Shown here: piece after piece, positions 9,762 to 19,784 of the stretch
How the letters are laid out: each line of letters begins with the position of its first letter
Numbering within the stretch: the stretch's first letter is position 1
From: Candidatus Eiseniibacteriota bacterium
GTDB lineage: Bacteria > Eisenbacteria > RBG-16-71-46
Assembly (NCBI GenBank): GCA_038231135.1
Contig: JBBRLX010000027.1
Location: 1 to 63,757 of the forward strand
Direction: 5' to 3'
DNA: 63,757 bases
Notes under the pieces: generated by a model
What the model was told of the DNA's origin: nothing
Database searches by the model: none
What the model saw: the letters and a program-made list of their open reading frames with translations, nothing else
Program-made: the position numbers and the translations under genes

Positions 9762-12455
9762 ATGCGAGGCAATCGCGTCACCGGTAATCGGATTCCCATG
9801 TCATGGCGGGCTGCAGTCATGCTCGCACTGCCCATCGTATTCCTCGCGGCGGCTGCCTATGCCGCCCCACGCGCCACGGATTGGGAGGGCACACGCCCCA
9901 TCGGTCCCTGGGCCACCGCTCCACCGCGTGGAATGCCGGAGGCACTGTCGCAGATCGGGCCTCCGCGAAACGTCGTCAACGACATCAGTGACGGCCAGTG
10001 GCAGCGCGTGGCGCCGCCCGCCGGCAGCGACCGGCTCGAGTCGTCGTTCATCTACGATGCGGGCTCGAATCGGCTGATCACGTTCGGTGGCGTCGACGAT
10101 CACTACCAGTACACGAACACCGTGACCGCGCTGCAGCTTCCGGCCGGAACATGGTCGACGCTCGTGACCGCAGGCACGCCGCCGTCGCCGCGGCGTCTCC
10201 ACGGGGCGGTCTACGATGCGGCGAACCAGCGCATGATCGTCTACGGCGGCTGGTCGGATTCGCTGCTCAACGACGTGTGGCAACTGACCCTGACGGGTAC
10301 CCCGACGTGGTCGGAGATCACGCCATCCGTGACTGGCCCGTCGGCCCGCGCCGGATCCGGCACGGTCTTCGATTCCGCGTCGCAGCGCATGATCCTGTAC
10401 GCGGGTTTCGATGGCGGCGGCATCACAGGTCTCGCGAACGACGTGTGGGCGCTGTCGCTGTCGGGCACACCTGCATGGAACCTCATCACCCCGTCCGGAT
10501 CGGGACCGGCGGGGAGTTACGGCTCGAGCGTGGCGTACGACCCGAGCGGGCCGGCACTGCTGGCGTTCGGCGGCTATACCCCCGATCTGTCGAACGCGGT
10601 GTGGCGCCTCAGCCTCGGTGGATCACCCGCGTGGAGCCTGGTCGCGACGGCGGGCACGGCGCCGTCGTCGCGTGAAGGACAGACGGCGCAGTTCGATCCT
10701 GCGTCGCACCGGCTCGCGGTGTACGGCGGCGAGGATGGGACCAGCATTCAGAGCGACTTGTGGATCCTCGACTTCGCGGGCGCGACGCCGACCTGGAGCA
10801 ATCCGGCTCCGACGCCGCAGATCACGCCGCGCCTCGGTGCGGTATCGGCGCTGGCCGCCGACGGCCGCATGTATGTGTACGGCGGCCTCGGATCGGGCTG
10901 GGACGTGCTCGCCGACGTGTGGTCGGTGTCGGTCGCGAACCCGGTGTCCTGGCAGACTTGGGAAATCCTGCTGCCGCCGCGCCTCCAGGAAGTCATGGTG
11001 CTCGACACGAATCGTGACCGGCTGATGTCGTTCGGCGGCACCGACGGCGCGTATCGCAACGACACCTGGACGCATTCCATGGTCTACGGCCGCGGCTGGG
11101 ATCCGCTCGCCACCAGCGGCACCCCGCCCGGACCGCGCCGCCTGCATACTGGCATCTTCGACCCCGTGGGTGACCGGTTGATCGTGTTCGGCGGCTACGA
11201 CGACACCTTGCTCGGTGACTTGTGGCAGCTGTCGCTGAGCGGCACACCCACGTGGAGCCCTCTCGTCGCCTCCGGCACAGGTCCGTCGCCGCGTGGCGGT
11301 CACGTGGCGATCTACGATCCCGAAGGCCAGCGCATGATCGTGTTCGGCGGCTACGACGGCGTGACCCCGCCCGGAAACCGTATCGGGGACACCTGGGAGC
11401 TGTCGTTGTCCGGAACGCCGACCTGGACCCAGCTTTCGACCGGGCCCGGTCCGAATCCACGCTCGAGCGCGACGGCCGTCTACGACGCCCAGCATCACGC
11501 GATGGTGGTGTTCGGCGGCACGGATCCGAACTACTACAACGACACCTGGCGGCTGTCGCTGGACGGCACGCCGAGCTGGTCGCTGATCAACCCGTCGGGG
11601 ACGCTGCCGGGCCCGCGCGAAGAGCAGAGCGCCGTGTACGACTCCAAGCGCGACCGTATGGTGATTTTTGGCGGCTACAATAGCTCGCTGATCAATTACG
11701 GCGATCTCCGGTCGCTCGACCTCGGCGACTCACCCGCGTGGTCCCAGCCGGCCCCAATCGGTGTACCGCCATCGGCGCGGTGGGGCATGAAGGCGCTCTA
11801 CGACCCGAACCGCGATGGCATGTGGCTCTATGGCGGCTGGGCGGACACCTATCAGCGCGACCTGTGGTTCCTGCAGTGGTTCGACGCTCCGGCCACCGGC
11901 GCGATCGCGACGCACTCGGCGAACGCGACGCAGGGAACGGCGCGGCTCGAGTGGAGCCTCCCCGGATCGATTCCGAACCCCGCGATCGTGGAACGCAGCA
12001 CCAACGGGTCGACCTGGACGCGGGTGGGGACGGTGTTGCCGACACGGACGGGCCGCATGGTATTCGTCGATCACGGCGTCGCCCCGGGCCAGACGCGTGC
12101 GTGGCGCGTACGCGAGAGCGTAGCGAAGCAGAAGCTCGTTTCGGCGCCGCAGTGGCTGACGATCCAGAGCACCACCGCCGTCGGTCCGCAGACGGTGGCG
12201 TTCGGTGTTCGTCCGGACGGTGCGGCGTCACGCGCCGGATCCGTTGCGGTCTCCTGCACCCTGCCGAACACGGGCCGGGCGCGCGTGGATCTGCTCGACG
12301 TGACGGGGCGGCTGCTCGACTCCCGCAATCTGACGTCGGCGGGCGCCGGTTCGCATCGCGTCGAGCTGGGGCGCGCACTGCCGGCCGGATTGTTCTTCGT
12401 GCGTCTCACCGGCACGCCGGGCACCGCACGGACGAAGGTGCTGCTGCTCCCGTAA
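9762..12455 (+). CDS. Secreted Kelch-repeat beta-propeller protein with C-terminal sorting domain
   Basis: GGAGG RBS; signal peptide; about 12 repeats of P..R..H...YD....RMIVFGG.....D.W.L.L.G.P.W; C-terminus LLDVTGR...LPAGLFFVRL. Confidence 0.9.
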   Translation: MRGNRVTGNRIPMSWRAAVMLALPIVFLAAAAYAAPRATDWEGTRPIGPWATAPPRGMPEALSQIGPPRNVVNDISDGQWQRVAPPAGSDRLESSFIYDAGSNRLITFGGVDDHYQYTNTVTALQLPAGTWSTLVTAGTPPSPRRLHGAVYDAANQRMIVYGGWSDSLLNDVWQLTLTGTPTWSEITPSVTGPSARAGSGTVFDSASQRMILYAGFDGGGITGLANDVWALSLSGTPAWNLITPSGSGPAGSYGSSVAYDPSGPALLAFGGYTPDLSNAVWRLSLGGSPAWSLVATAGTAPSSREGQTAQFDPASHRLAVYGGEDGTSIQSDLWILDFAGATPTWSNPAPTPQITPRLGAVSALAADGRMYVYGGLGSGWDVLADVWSVSVANPVSWQTWEILLPPRLQEVMVLDTNRDRLMSFGGTDGAYRNDTWTHSMVYGRGWDPLATSGTPPGPRRLHTGIFDPVGDRLIVFGGYDDTLLGDLWQLSLSGTPTWSPLVASGTGPSPRGGHVAIYDPEGQRMIVFGGYDGVTPPGNRIGDTWELSLSGTPTWTQLSTGPGPNPRSSATAVYDAQHHAMVVFGGTDPNYYNDTWRLSLDGTPSWSLINPSGTLPGPREEQSAVYDSKRDRMVIFGGYNSSLINYGDLRSLDLGDSPAWSQPAPIGVPPSARWGMKALYDPNRDGMWLYGGWADTYQRDLWFLQWFDAPATGAIATHSANATQGTARLEWSLPGSIPNPAIVERSTNGSTWTRVGTVLPTRTGRMVFVDHGVAPGQTRAWRVRESVAKQKLVSAPQWLTIQSTTAVGPQTVAFGVRPDGAASRAGSVAVSCTLPNTGRARVDLLDVTGRLLDSRNLTSAGAGSHRVELGRALPAGLFFVRLTGTPGTARTKVLLLP

Positions 12456-12473
12456 CCGATTCGCGATTCACCT

Positions 12474-12512
12474 GCGGGCGGCGCGGTCGTACACTGCGCC
12501 GCCCGTTCTGTT
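12474..12512 (+). terminator. Probable intrinsic terminator
   Basis: GCGGGCGGCGCGG-TCGTACA-CTGCGCCGCCCGT stem followed by TCTGTT, just after the Kelch gene stop. Confidence 0.55.
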
Positions 12513-12553
12513 GGTTCGCGATCGCCTTCGAAGTGCGCATGCCCGGAGCCGCC

Positions 12554-13363
12554 ATGACTGACGTCGCCCAACCGTTCGACCCCGCGGAGGACGCGCACGT
12601 CGGACTGTGGGACGAGCTGCCGTTGTGGTCGGCGATGGCGGGCCTGCTGCTGCTCGACCACGTGCCGCTCGACGCGCGGCGGGTGCTCGACCTCGGGTGC
12701 GGCTCGGGATTCCCGGCGCTCGAGCTGGCGGAGCGACTCGGCTCGGGCGCGCGCGTCACCGGCATCGATCCCTGGGGGCCCGCGATCCGGCGCGCGAACG
12801 CCAAGCGGCGGTTGTGGCCGGTGCGCCACGTCGATCTGGTGCGCGGCGAGGCCGCGCGCCTGCCGTTCCGTGACGATGGGTTCGACCTGATCGTGTCGAA
12901 CCTCGGCATCAACAACTTCGCGGATGCCGAAACGGCATTCGGCGAATGCCGCCGGGTGCTGGCTCCGGGGGGCACCGTGGCCATCGCCACCAACCTGTTC
13001 GGGCACTTCGCCGAGGTATACGCGGCGTTCGCGGACGTGGTCGCGAGCGATCCCGCAGCCGCCGCGCGGCTGCGCACGCACGTCGAGCATCGTCCTACGA
13101 TCGACGGCCTCACCCGGACGCTCGCGCGCCACGGCCTCGAGGTCACGGACGTACACGAGCGCGCCCAGCGCATGCGGTTCCGCGACGGCAGCGCGGTCCT
13201 CGAGCATCATTTCATGCGGCTCGGGTTCGTGCCGGCATGGGAGGAGGTCGTGGGCGGCTCCGAACACCTGGGGCCGTTGCGCGCAGCGCTCGACCGGCGG
13301 GCGCGGGGCGCGGGTGGTCTCGAGCTCACGGTGCCGCTCGCGGTGGTGATCGCGCGGGCGTGA
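12554..13363 (+). CDS. Class I SAM-dependent methyltransferase
   Basis: VLDLGCGSG motif I, GIDPW, LPFRDDGFDLIVSN, RVLAPGG; ATG 12554 with GGAG RBS. Confidence 0.9.
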   Translation: MTDVAQPFDPAEDAHVGLWDELPLWSAMAGLLLLDHVPLDARRVLDLGCGSGFPALELAERLGSGARVTGIDPWGPAIRRANAKRRLWPVRHVDLVRGEAARLPFRDDGFDLIVSNLGINNFADAETAFGECRRVLAPGGTVAIATNLFGHFAEVYAAFADVVASDPAAAARLRTHVEHRPTIDGLTRTLARHGLEVTDVHERAQRMRFRDGSAVLEHHFMRLGFVPAWEEVVGGSEHLGPLRAALDRRARGAGGLELTVPLAVVIARA

Positions 13364-13432
13364 CCCTCTGTCGCGGCCCGGAGCCGGAGCGGTTACACTG
13401 CCGCCCTCGTCGGTCCATTCCGGGGGTTCCCA

Positions 13433-16234
13433 ATGCCGCATGGAGATCTCTTGCCGTCGCCGATCCCGGCGCAACGGCCCGTCGCAATGCTGTCGTGGAT
13501 GTTGTCGATGTTCGCCGTCTGCGTCGTCGCCGCGCCCGCCCCGGCCGCGGCCCCGGCGGCGCTGGGGCCGCCCGGCGTCACTGCAGCGAAACCTGCACCA
13601 TCGAAGCCCGTCGCGCGCGCCAACGCGGCTCCCGAGCTCACCGTCGATCACCTCCGCTCACTGACGTGGCGTTCGATCGGGCCCGCGAACATGGGCGGCC
13701 GGGTGTCCGAGATCACGCTGGTGCCGGGCAAGGCACACTCGGTGTTCGTCGGCACGGCCACCGGTGGTTTGTTCCGCACCGACAACGGCGGCACGACGTG
13801 GTCGCCGGTGTTCGACGATCAGCCGGTGATGTCGATCGGCAGCGTCGTCGTGGCGCCGAGCGATTCCCAGATCGTCTACGTGGGAACCGGCGAGGGCAAC
13901 GGCCGGAATTCCTCGACGTGGGGCAACGGCATCTACAAGTCCATGGATGGCGGCGGGAGCTTCACGCACCTGGGGGGCCTCGACGATTCGCGCGACATCC
14001 CGCGCCTCGCGATCCATCCGCGCGATCCCGACATCGTGTTCGCCGCCGTGATGGGGCACCTGTGGGACGCGAACCATGAACGGGGCCTCTACCGCACCAC
14101 CGACGGTGGCAAGTCCTGGAAGCCGGTGCTCCAGATCGACGACGACCACGGCTGCATCGATGTGGCGCTCGATCCCCACGATCCGCAGACGGTGTACGCC
14201 GCGATGTACGCGCGCCGCCGCACGCCGTGGAGCTTCCAGGGCGGCGGCTTCGGCGGCAAGGGCGGCATCTACAAGTCCACCGATGGTGGCGGGCATTTCC
14301 ACCGGCTGACGGCGGGGCTGCCGAAGCAGACCGGCCGCATCGGGCTGGCGGTGTCGGCGTCCCGGCCGGGGCACGTGTACGCGGTGGTCGAATCCGACGA
14401 CGCGGGCGTGGCCACGATCGACGAACAGATTTCGAAGGCTGGCGGAACGTTTCGGAGCGTCGACGGCGGCGAACACTGGGAGCGCCTCAACGGTCTCGCG
14501 CCGCGGTCGTTCTACTTCAGCAAGATCGTGGTCGACCCGACCGACGAGAACCGCGTCTACGTGCTGGGCTACGGGCTCGGCGTGTCCGACGACGGCGGCC
14601 GGACGTTTCTCGCCGACGGGGCGAAGCTGCCGCACGGCGACCTCCACACGCTCGTCGTGGATCCGCACGATCACGATCACCTGTGGCTCGGCACCGACGG
14701 CGGCGTCTACGAGAGTCTGGACCGCTCGAAGACCTGGAACTATCACCGAAACCTGGCGATCGGCGAGTTCTACGAGCTGGGCCTCGGCATGGACGATCCC
14801 TACACGGTTTGCGGCGGGCTGCAGGACAACGGCTGCTGGTGCGGGCCGTCGCGCGGCACGGCGTTCTTCGGCGAAGGCGACGGGGCCGCCGGCAAGAAGG
14901 TGCTGAACGCGAGCAACGAGGACTGGCGGTTCATCTGGGGCGGCGACGGCTACTACGTGCAGATTGACCCGCGCGATCCCGGCATCCGCTACGCGGAATC
15001 GCAGCAGGGCTACGCGGGGCGCATCGACCTGTCGACCGGCCGCGTCAAGGACCTGCGGCCGCGGGCCAAGGAAGGCACGCCGGCGCTGCGGTTCAATTGG
15101 AACACACCCATGCTGCTGTCACACCACGATCCCGACGTCCTCTATATCGGCGGCAACCGGCTGTTCCGGATCCACAACCCGGAAGGCACCGCCGAGCCGA
15201 TCTCGCCCGACCTGTCGAGCAAGGACGCCGAGAAGATCATCACCGACGGCTCGGGGGCGGAGACGCATGGCACGATTGTCACGCTCGCGGAGTCGCCGCT
15301 CACGAAGGGTGTGTTGTGGGCGGGCACCGACGACGGTCGCGTGTGGCTCACGCGCGACGAGGGCCGGAACTGGAACGAGCTGACGCCGGACCTGGGCCGG
15401 CTGGTGCCCAGGGGCACCTATGTGTCGCGCATCGAGGCGTCCCACTATTCGGCCGGCGCCGCGCTGGCCGCGTTCGACGGCCATCGCACCGGCGACAACC
15501 ACGCCTACCTGCTCGAGACCCGCGATGGCGGGAAGACGTGGCGCAGTGCGGCCGGCGACCTGCCCGCGCAGGGCCCGGTGCGCGTCGTGCGCGAGGATCC
15601 CGAGAACGAGCGGCTGCTGTTCGCCGGCACCGAATTCGGCGCGTTCGTGTCGCTCGACCGCGGCCGTCGCTGGCTGCCGCTGCGGCCCGAGGGATTCCCG
15701 TCCGTGCAGTTCCATGATCTGCAGATCCAGCCGCGCGACCGGGATCTCGTCGCGGCCACGCACGGACGTTCGATCTACATCCTCGACGACATCACCGGCC
15801 TCGAACAGCTTACGCCGGAGGTGATGGCGAAGCCCGCGGTGCTGCTGAAGCCGCGGCCCGCGCACGGCTCCTACATGCGGCCGCGCGGCGGCATGTGGGG
15901 AGACGATCAGTTCGGTGCCGCCAACGGCGGGCCGCAGGCGACGCTCAACTACTGGATCAAGGAGCGGGACCGCGAGGGTGTGAAGCTGACCGTCAAGGAT
16001 TCGCTGGGGCACGTCGTGCGCGAGCTCGAAGGCCCCGCGGAGGCCGGGCTCAATCGCGTGACCTGGGACCTGTCGCGCGACAAGGAGCAGCGCTACGACA
16101 CGATCGATGCCGACCGCACCGGCCAGTTCGTGTTCGTCCCTGCCGGCACCTACGACATCGAGCTCAAGGCGGGCAAGGACAAGTCGTCGGCGAAGCTGGT
16201 GGTGAGCCTTCCCAGGGGAGTCGGCGGACCGTAG
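13433..16234 (+). CDS. Secreted VPS10/sortilin-like BNR (Asp-box) repeat glycosyl-hydrolase-like protein
   Basis: WRSIGPANMGGRV, repeated S.DGG.TW Asp boxes, GGLQDNG, RFNWNTP, ATHGRS.YILDD; start codon uncertain. Confidence 0.9.
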   Translation: MPHGDLLPSPIPAQRPVAMLSWMLSMFAVCVVAAPAPAAAPAALGPPGVTAAKPAPSKPVARANAAPELTVDHLRSLTWRSIGPANMGGRVSEITLVPGKAHSVFVGTATGGLFRTDNGGTTWSPVFDDQPVMSIGSVVVAPSDSQIVYVGTGEGNGRNSSTWGNGIYKSMDGGGSFTHLGGLDDSRDIPRLAIHPRDPDIVFAAVMGHLWDANHERGLYRTTDGGKSWKPVLQIDDDHGCIDVALDPHDPQTVYAAMYARRRTPWSFQGGGFGGKGGIYKSTDGGGHFHRLTAGLPKQTGRIGLAVSASRPGHVYAVVESDDAGVATIDEQISKAGGTFRSVDGGEHWERLNGLAPRSFYFSKIVVDPTDENRVYVLGYGLGVSDDGGRTFLADGAKLPHGDLHTLVVDPHDHDHLWLGTDGGVYESLDRSKTWNYHRNLAIGEFYELGLGMDDPYTVCGGLQDNGCWCGPSRGTAFFGEGDGAAGKKVLNASNEDWRFIWGGDGYYVQIDPRDPGIRYAESQQGYAGRIDLSTGRVKDLRPRAKEGTPALRFNWNTPMLLSHHDPDVLYIGGNRLFRIHNPEGTAEPISPDLSSKDAEKIITDGSGAETHGTIVTLAESPLTKGVLWAGTDDGRVWLTRDEGRNWNELTPDLGRLVPRGTYVSRIEASHYSAGAALAAFDGHRTGDNHAYLLETRDGGKTWRSAAGDLPAQGPVRVVREDPENERLLFAGTEFGAFVSLDRGRRWLPLRPEGFPSVQFHDLQIQPRDRDLVAATHGRSIYILDDITGLEQLTPEVMAKPAVLLKPRPAHGSYMRPRGGMWGDDQFGAANGGPQATLNYWIKERDREGVKLTVKDSLGHVVRELEGPAEAGLNRVTWDLSRDKEQRYDTIDADRTGQFVFVPAGTYDIELKAGKDKSSAKLVVSLPRGVGGP

Positions 16235-16244
16235 TCCGGCCGTC

Positions 16245-17612
16245 GTGCCCGTGGAGCCACCCAGGACTCAGGACGTGCCCGACCCGGCGCCGTTGAAGAC
16301 GCCGGCGTCGGTCGATGCGCCCGCCGTGCCGCTGATGCGCCCGGATGCCGCTCGATTTCGGTTTCCGACAGGCTTCCTGTGGGGTGCGGCGACGTCGGCG
16401 CATCAGGTCGAGGGCGGCAACGCGAACAACGACTGGTCGGCGTGGGAGGAGGCCGGTCGCGTGGCGGTGCCCGCCGGCATCGCGACCGATCACTTCAACC
16501 GCTATCGCGAGGACTTCGATCTCGCGCACTCGCTGCGCCACACCGCCCACCGGTTCTCGCTGGAATGGAGCCGCATCGAACCCGAGGACGGCAGGTTCTC
16601 GGACACCGCGCTGCAGCACTACCGTGACGTGATCGAAGCGCTGCGGGCGCGCGGTATCGAGCCGGTGGTGACGATCGTTCACTACACGCTGCCCCGCTGG
16701 CTGGCGGACAAGGGCGGCTGGGAGTGCCCCGACATGGAGAAGTTCTACCTGCGGTTCGTGACGCGGGTGGTGGACTCCTACGGCGACCTCGTGCGCTGGT
16801 GGGTCACGCTCAACGAGCCGGTGGTGCAGACGTTCAAGGGCTGGATCATCGGCCAGTGGCCGCCTGGTCGCACCAGCGACTACGCGCGCGCGTTCCAGGT
16901 GATCCGCCGCATGCTGCGCTCCCACGTGCTGGCCTACCACGCGATCCACGAGCGGCGCCCCGATGCGATGGTGAGCATCGCCAAGCACTGTCTCGCGCTC
17001 AGCCCCAATCATCCGCATAACCCGTTCGACGTGGCGTCCACGCGCGGCCGCGACTTCCTGTTCAACAACCTGTTCATCGAGGCGCTGCACACCGGTCGCC
17101 TCGCGCTGCCCGGACAGTTCTTCGAGCGGCTGCCGTTCGGGCGCACGCTCGATTTCATCGGCATCAACTACTACACGCGGGACTTCGTGAAGAACACCGG
17201 CCTCACGCTGCCCGGGCTCATGGGCACTTCGGCCACGCTCGAAAAGGAATCGCGGATCGGCAAGCGCAACCAGCTGGGCTGGGAAGTGTTTCCCGAGGGG
17301 TTGGGGTACTTCCTGCGCACGTTCCGGCGTTACAAGGTGCCGCTGCTGATCACCGAGAACGGCGTCCCGGCGGAGGACGAGGACGACCGCTGGGGCTTCA
17401 TCTACCTGCACCTGTGGCAGGTGATGCGCGCCATGTCCGCGGGCGTGCCGGTCGTCGGCTACCTGTACTGGTCGCTGCTCGACAATTACGAGTGGGCCGA
17501 CGGCTACAATCCCAAGTTTGGCCTGATCGCGGTGAAGACGAAGTCGCTCGACCGCATCGTCCGCCCCAGCGCCCGCTGGCTGGCGCAGGTCATCGATAAA
17601 CGATCGCTGTAA
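16245..17612 (+). CDS. Glycoside hydrolase family 1 (beta-glucosidase-like)
   Basis: FLWGAATSAHQVEG, RFSLEWSRIEP, TLNEP (acid/base), ITENG (nucleophile), WSLLDNYEW..GY..KFGL. Confidence 0.95.
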   Translation: MPVEPPRTQDVPDPAPLKTPASVDAPAVPLMRPDAARFRFPTGFLWGAATSAHQVEGGNANNDWSAWEEAGRVAVPAGIATDHFNRYREDFDLAHSLRHTAHRFSLEWSRIEPEDGRFSDTALQHYRDVIEALRARGIEPVVTIVHYTLPRWLADKGGWECPDMEKFYLRFVTRVVDSYGDLVRWWVTLNEPVVQTFKGWIIGQWPPGRTSDYARAFQVIRRMLRSHVLAYHAIHERRPDAMVSIAKHCLALSPNHPHNPFDVASTRGRDFLFNNLFIEALHTGRLALPGQFFERLPFGRTLDFIGINYYTRDFVKNTGLTLPGLMGTSATLEKESRIGKRNQLGWEVFPEGLGYFLRTFRRYKVPLLITENGVPAEDEDDRWGFIYLHLWQVMRAMSAGVPVVGYLYWSLLDNYEWADGYNPKFGLIAVKTKSLDRIVRPSARWLAQVIDKRSL

Positions 17613-17728
17613 TTCGCGCTGCCAAGTCGTTGCCCGCGCATCGTGGGCGAGCTGGTGGCGGCGCTGGACACCCGCGTTTTGCCAACCCGGCCATGCGTTT
17701 CCGGGGCGCGGTGTGAGAGCTTCCGACC

Positions 17729-19744
17729 ATGACTGGATCCCGTTCATCCTGGGCCGGCCCGGCCGCCCAGACACTCGTGCTGGCCGTCGGCGTCGCGCTC
17801 GCCGCCGTGGCGCTGGGGCCGCACCGGATCGGTGACTACTACACCGAGACGGACTTCTACGGCGGCTACGCCGGAGGGGCGCGCCTGATCCAGCGTGGCG
17901 TGCTCGATCCCGCCCGCTACGGCGTGGTGGGGCCGGTCTACGAGCTCGCGCTGGCCGCGATGGGGTTCGTCACCCGCGAGCTGTTCACGGCCGCTCAAGC
18001 CCTGTCGATTCTCGGCGCGATCGCGGCGCTGTGGCTGTGGTTCGCACTGCTCCGGCGCCGTGCCGGCGACTGCGTGGCACTCGGAACGATCGCGTTCCTC
18101 GCGGCCAATCCGACGTTCTTCCGCTACGGCTATTCGGCGACGACCGACATGTTCGCGTTCGGCATCGAGGCCGCGGCCGTATATGCGCTGCTCGCCCCGC
18201 GCAATCACTGGGCACCGCTGGCGGCGGGCGCGCTGTGCGCCGTGGCGGCGCTGACGCGCTACAGCGCGATCGCGCTGCTGCCGGCGGCGGTCGTGTGCCA
18301 CGTGGCGGGATGGACGGCCGGCGCGGGCTCGCGCCGGCGCGCACTGGCGCTCTACCTCGCTGGTTTCGTGTGCGTCGCGGGTCCGTGGCTGGCGTTCGCG
18401 CTCAGGTCGGGGCAGGTGCCGGGCGGGTTGCTGTTCCACGATGTCGCCTACGACATCTATTCCCGCGCACAGGGCCGGACGTGGGCCGACTATCAGGCGG
18501 GGCTTGAGCCCGGGTTCCGGTCGTTGGTCGACGTGCTGGTCCGCGACCCGGGCGCCGTGGTGCGGCGGGACTGGGCGAACCTCCTGTCGCATGCCGCCGG
18601 CGACGCGAGCAGCCTGCTGGGCCGGCCGGTGGCCGTGGTGTGCGTGGCGGGTCTCGTCGTCGCGGCGGTCACCGGCGCGTGGCGGCGGCTCGTGCCGCTG
18701 ATCGCCATCGGGGGATTGCTCTACCTGGCCCTCGTGCCGGCGACCTATTCCGAGCGATATTCGCTCGTGCTCGCCCCGTGCTATCTCATGTTCGCGGGCG
18801 TGCTGATCGACGCGGCATGGCAGGGCGCCGTCGCCCGCAAGCGCTCGGGCGTCGCGCTCGCGGTCCTGGTCTGCGTGCCGTTCGCGCTGTCGATCCGTGC
18901 CAGCGTCGCCGAGCAGCGCGGCGTGTGGGAGTCGCTGCCGACGGAGGTGCTCACGGTGGCGCGGGCGTTGCGCGAGCGAGCGGGGCCCGGCGCGCGCGTG
19001 ATGGCGCTCAAATCCCACATCGCCTACTACTCCGGCGCCGCGCTCGTGCCGATGCCGGCGACGACATCACTGGCGGAGCTCGCCGACGATTGCCGGCGGG
19101 AGCACGTCGGCCAGCTCTACTACTCGTGGCTGGAAGCGAACAATCGGCCGTCGTTCTGGTATCTGCTCGATCCCGCGGCCGAAGTGCCGGGACTGACGCG
19201 CGAGCTCGTGACGCGGGAGCTTCCGGCGGTGCTGTATCGCGTCGGCCCCGGGTTCGGCATCGTGCCGGCGTGGCTCGGGGACGACAGCGCCCGGGTGCGA
19301 TCGGAGGGGCGCGTGCTCGCGCTCGCGCGGCCGGCGTGGGTCTGGCGCACTCGGCTGTCGCTGGCCATCGCCGCATTCGAGCAGCAGCGCTGGCGCGAGG
19401 CGTTCGCGCATGCCTCCGAGGTCACGCGACTGCGCCCCACCGATCCGCTCGGCTGGCGGCTCTACGGCGACGCGATCCTGAGGCTCGGCGACCGGGAGCG
19501 TGCGATCGCCGCGTTCGAGCGCGTGCTGGCGCTCGAGCCAGGGGATGCGAACACGCGCATCGCGCTCGGCTGGCTGCTGCTCGGCGCGGGCCACGACGAT
19601 CGCGCCGCCGCCGCGTGGCGGCCGGTGGCCGGCAGCACCTCGCACCGGCCGACGCTCGAGCGGATGGTCGAGCTGTTCCATGCCCAGGGCGATGCCACGG
19701 CGGAGCGGCAGGCTCGGGAGGCGCTGGCGCGACTGCGTCGTTGA
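17729..19744 (+). CDS. GT-C (ArnT/PMT, GT39-like) membrane glycosyltransferase with C-terminal TPRs
   Basis: ETDFY loop after first TM, GPVY, ATTDM, LTRY, ERY.L; about 11 hydrophobic helices; TPR-like tail (AIAAFERVLALEPGDANTRIALG). Confidence 0.8.
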   Translation: MTGSRSSWAGPAAQTLVLAVGVALAAVALGPHRIGDYYTETDFYGGYAGGARLIQRGVLDPARYGVVGPVYELALAAMGFVTRELFTAAQALSILGAIAALWLWFALLRRRAGDCVALGTIAFLAANPTFFRYGYSATTDMFAFGIEAAAVYALLAPRNHWAPLAAGALCAVAALTRYSAIALLPAAVVCHVAGWTAGAGSRRRALALYLAGFVCVAGPWLAFALRSGQVPGGLLFHDVAYDIYSRAQGRTWADYQAGLEPGFRSLVDVLVRDPGAVVRRDWANLLSHAAGDASSLLGRPVAVVCVAGLVVAAVTGAWRRLVPLIAIGGLLYLALVPATYSERYSLVLAPCYLMFAGVLIDAAWQGAVARKRSGVALAVLVCVPFALSIRASVAEQRGVWESLPTEVLTVARALRERAGPGARVMALKSHIAYYSGAALVPMPATTSLAELADDCRREHVGQLYYSWLEANNRPSFWYLLDPAAEVPGLTRELVTRELPAVLYRVGPGFGIVPAWLGDDSARVRSEGRVLALARPAWVWRTRLSLAIAAFEQQRWREAFAHASEVTRLRPTDPLGWRLYGDAILRLGDRERAIAAFERVLALEPGDANTRIALGWLLLGAGHDDRAAAAWRPVAGSTSHRPTLERMVELFHAQGDATAERQAREALARLRR

Positions 19745-19784
19745 ATCCCATCACGGGCCTGGCGTCTCCCTGAACACCGAATGG

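Noticed and set aside
12554..13363. Arsenite methyltransferase (ArsM) assignment
   Set aside because: The conserved ArsM cysteine set is not evident; only a generic class I methyltransferase is supported
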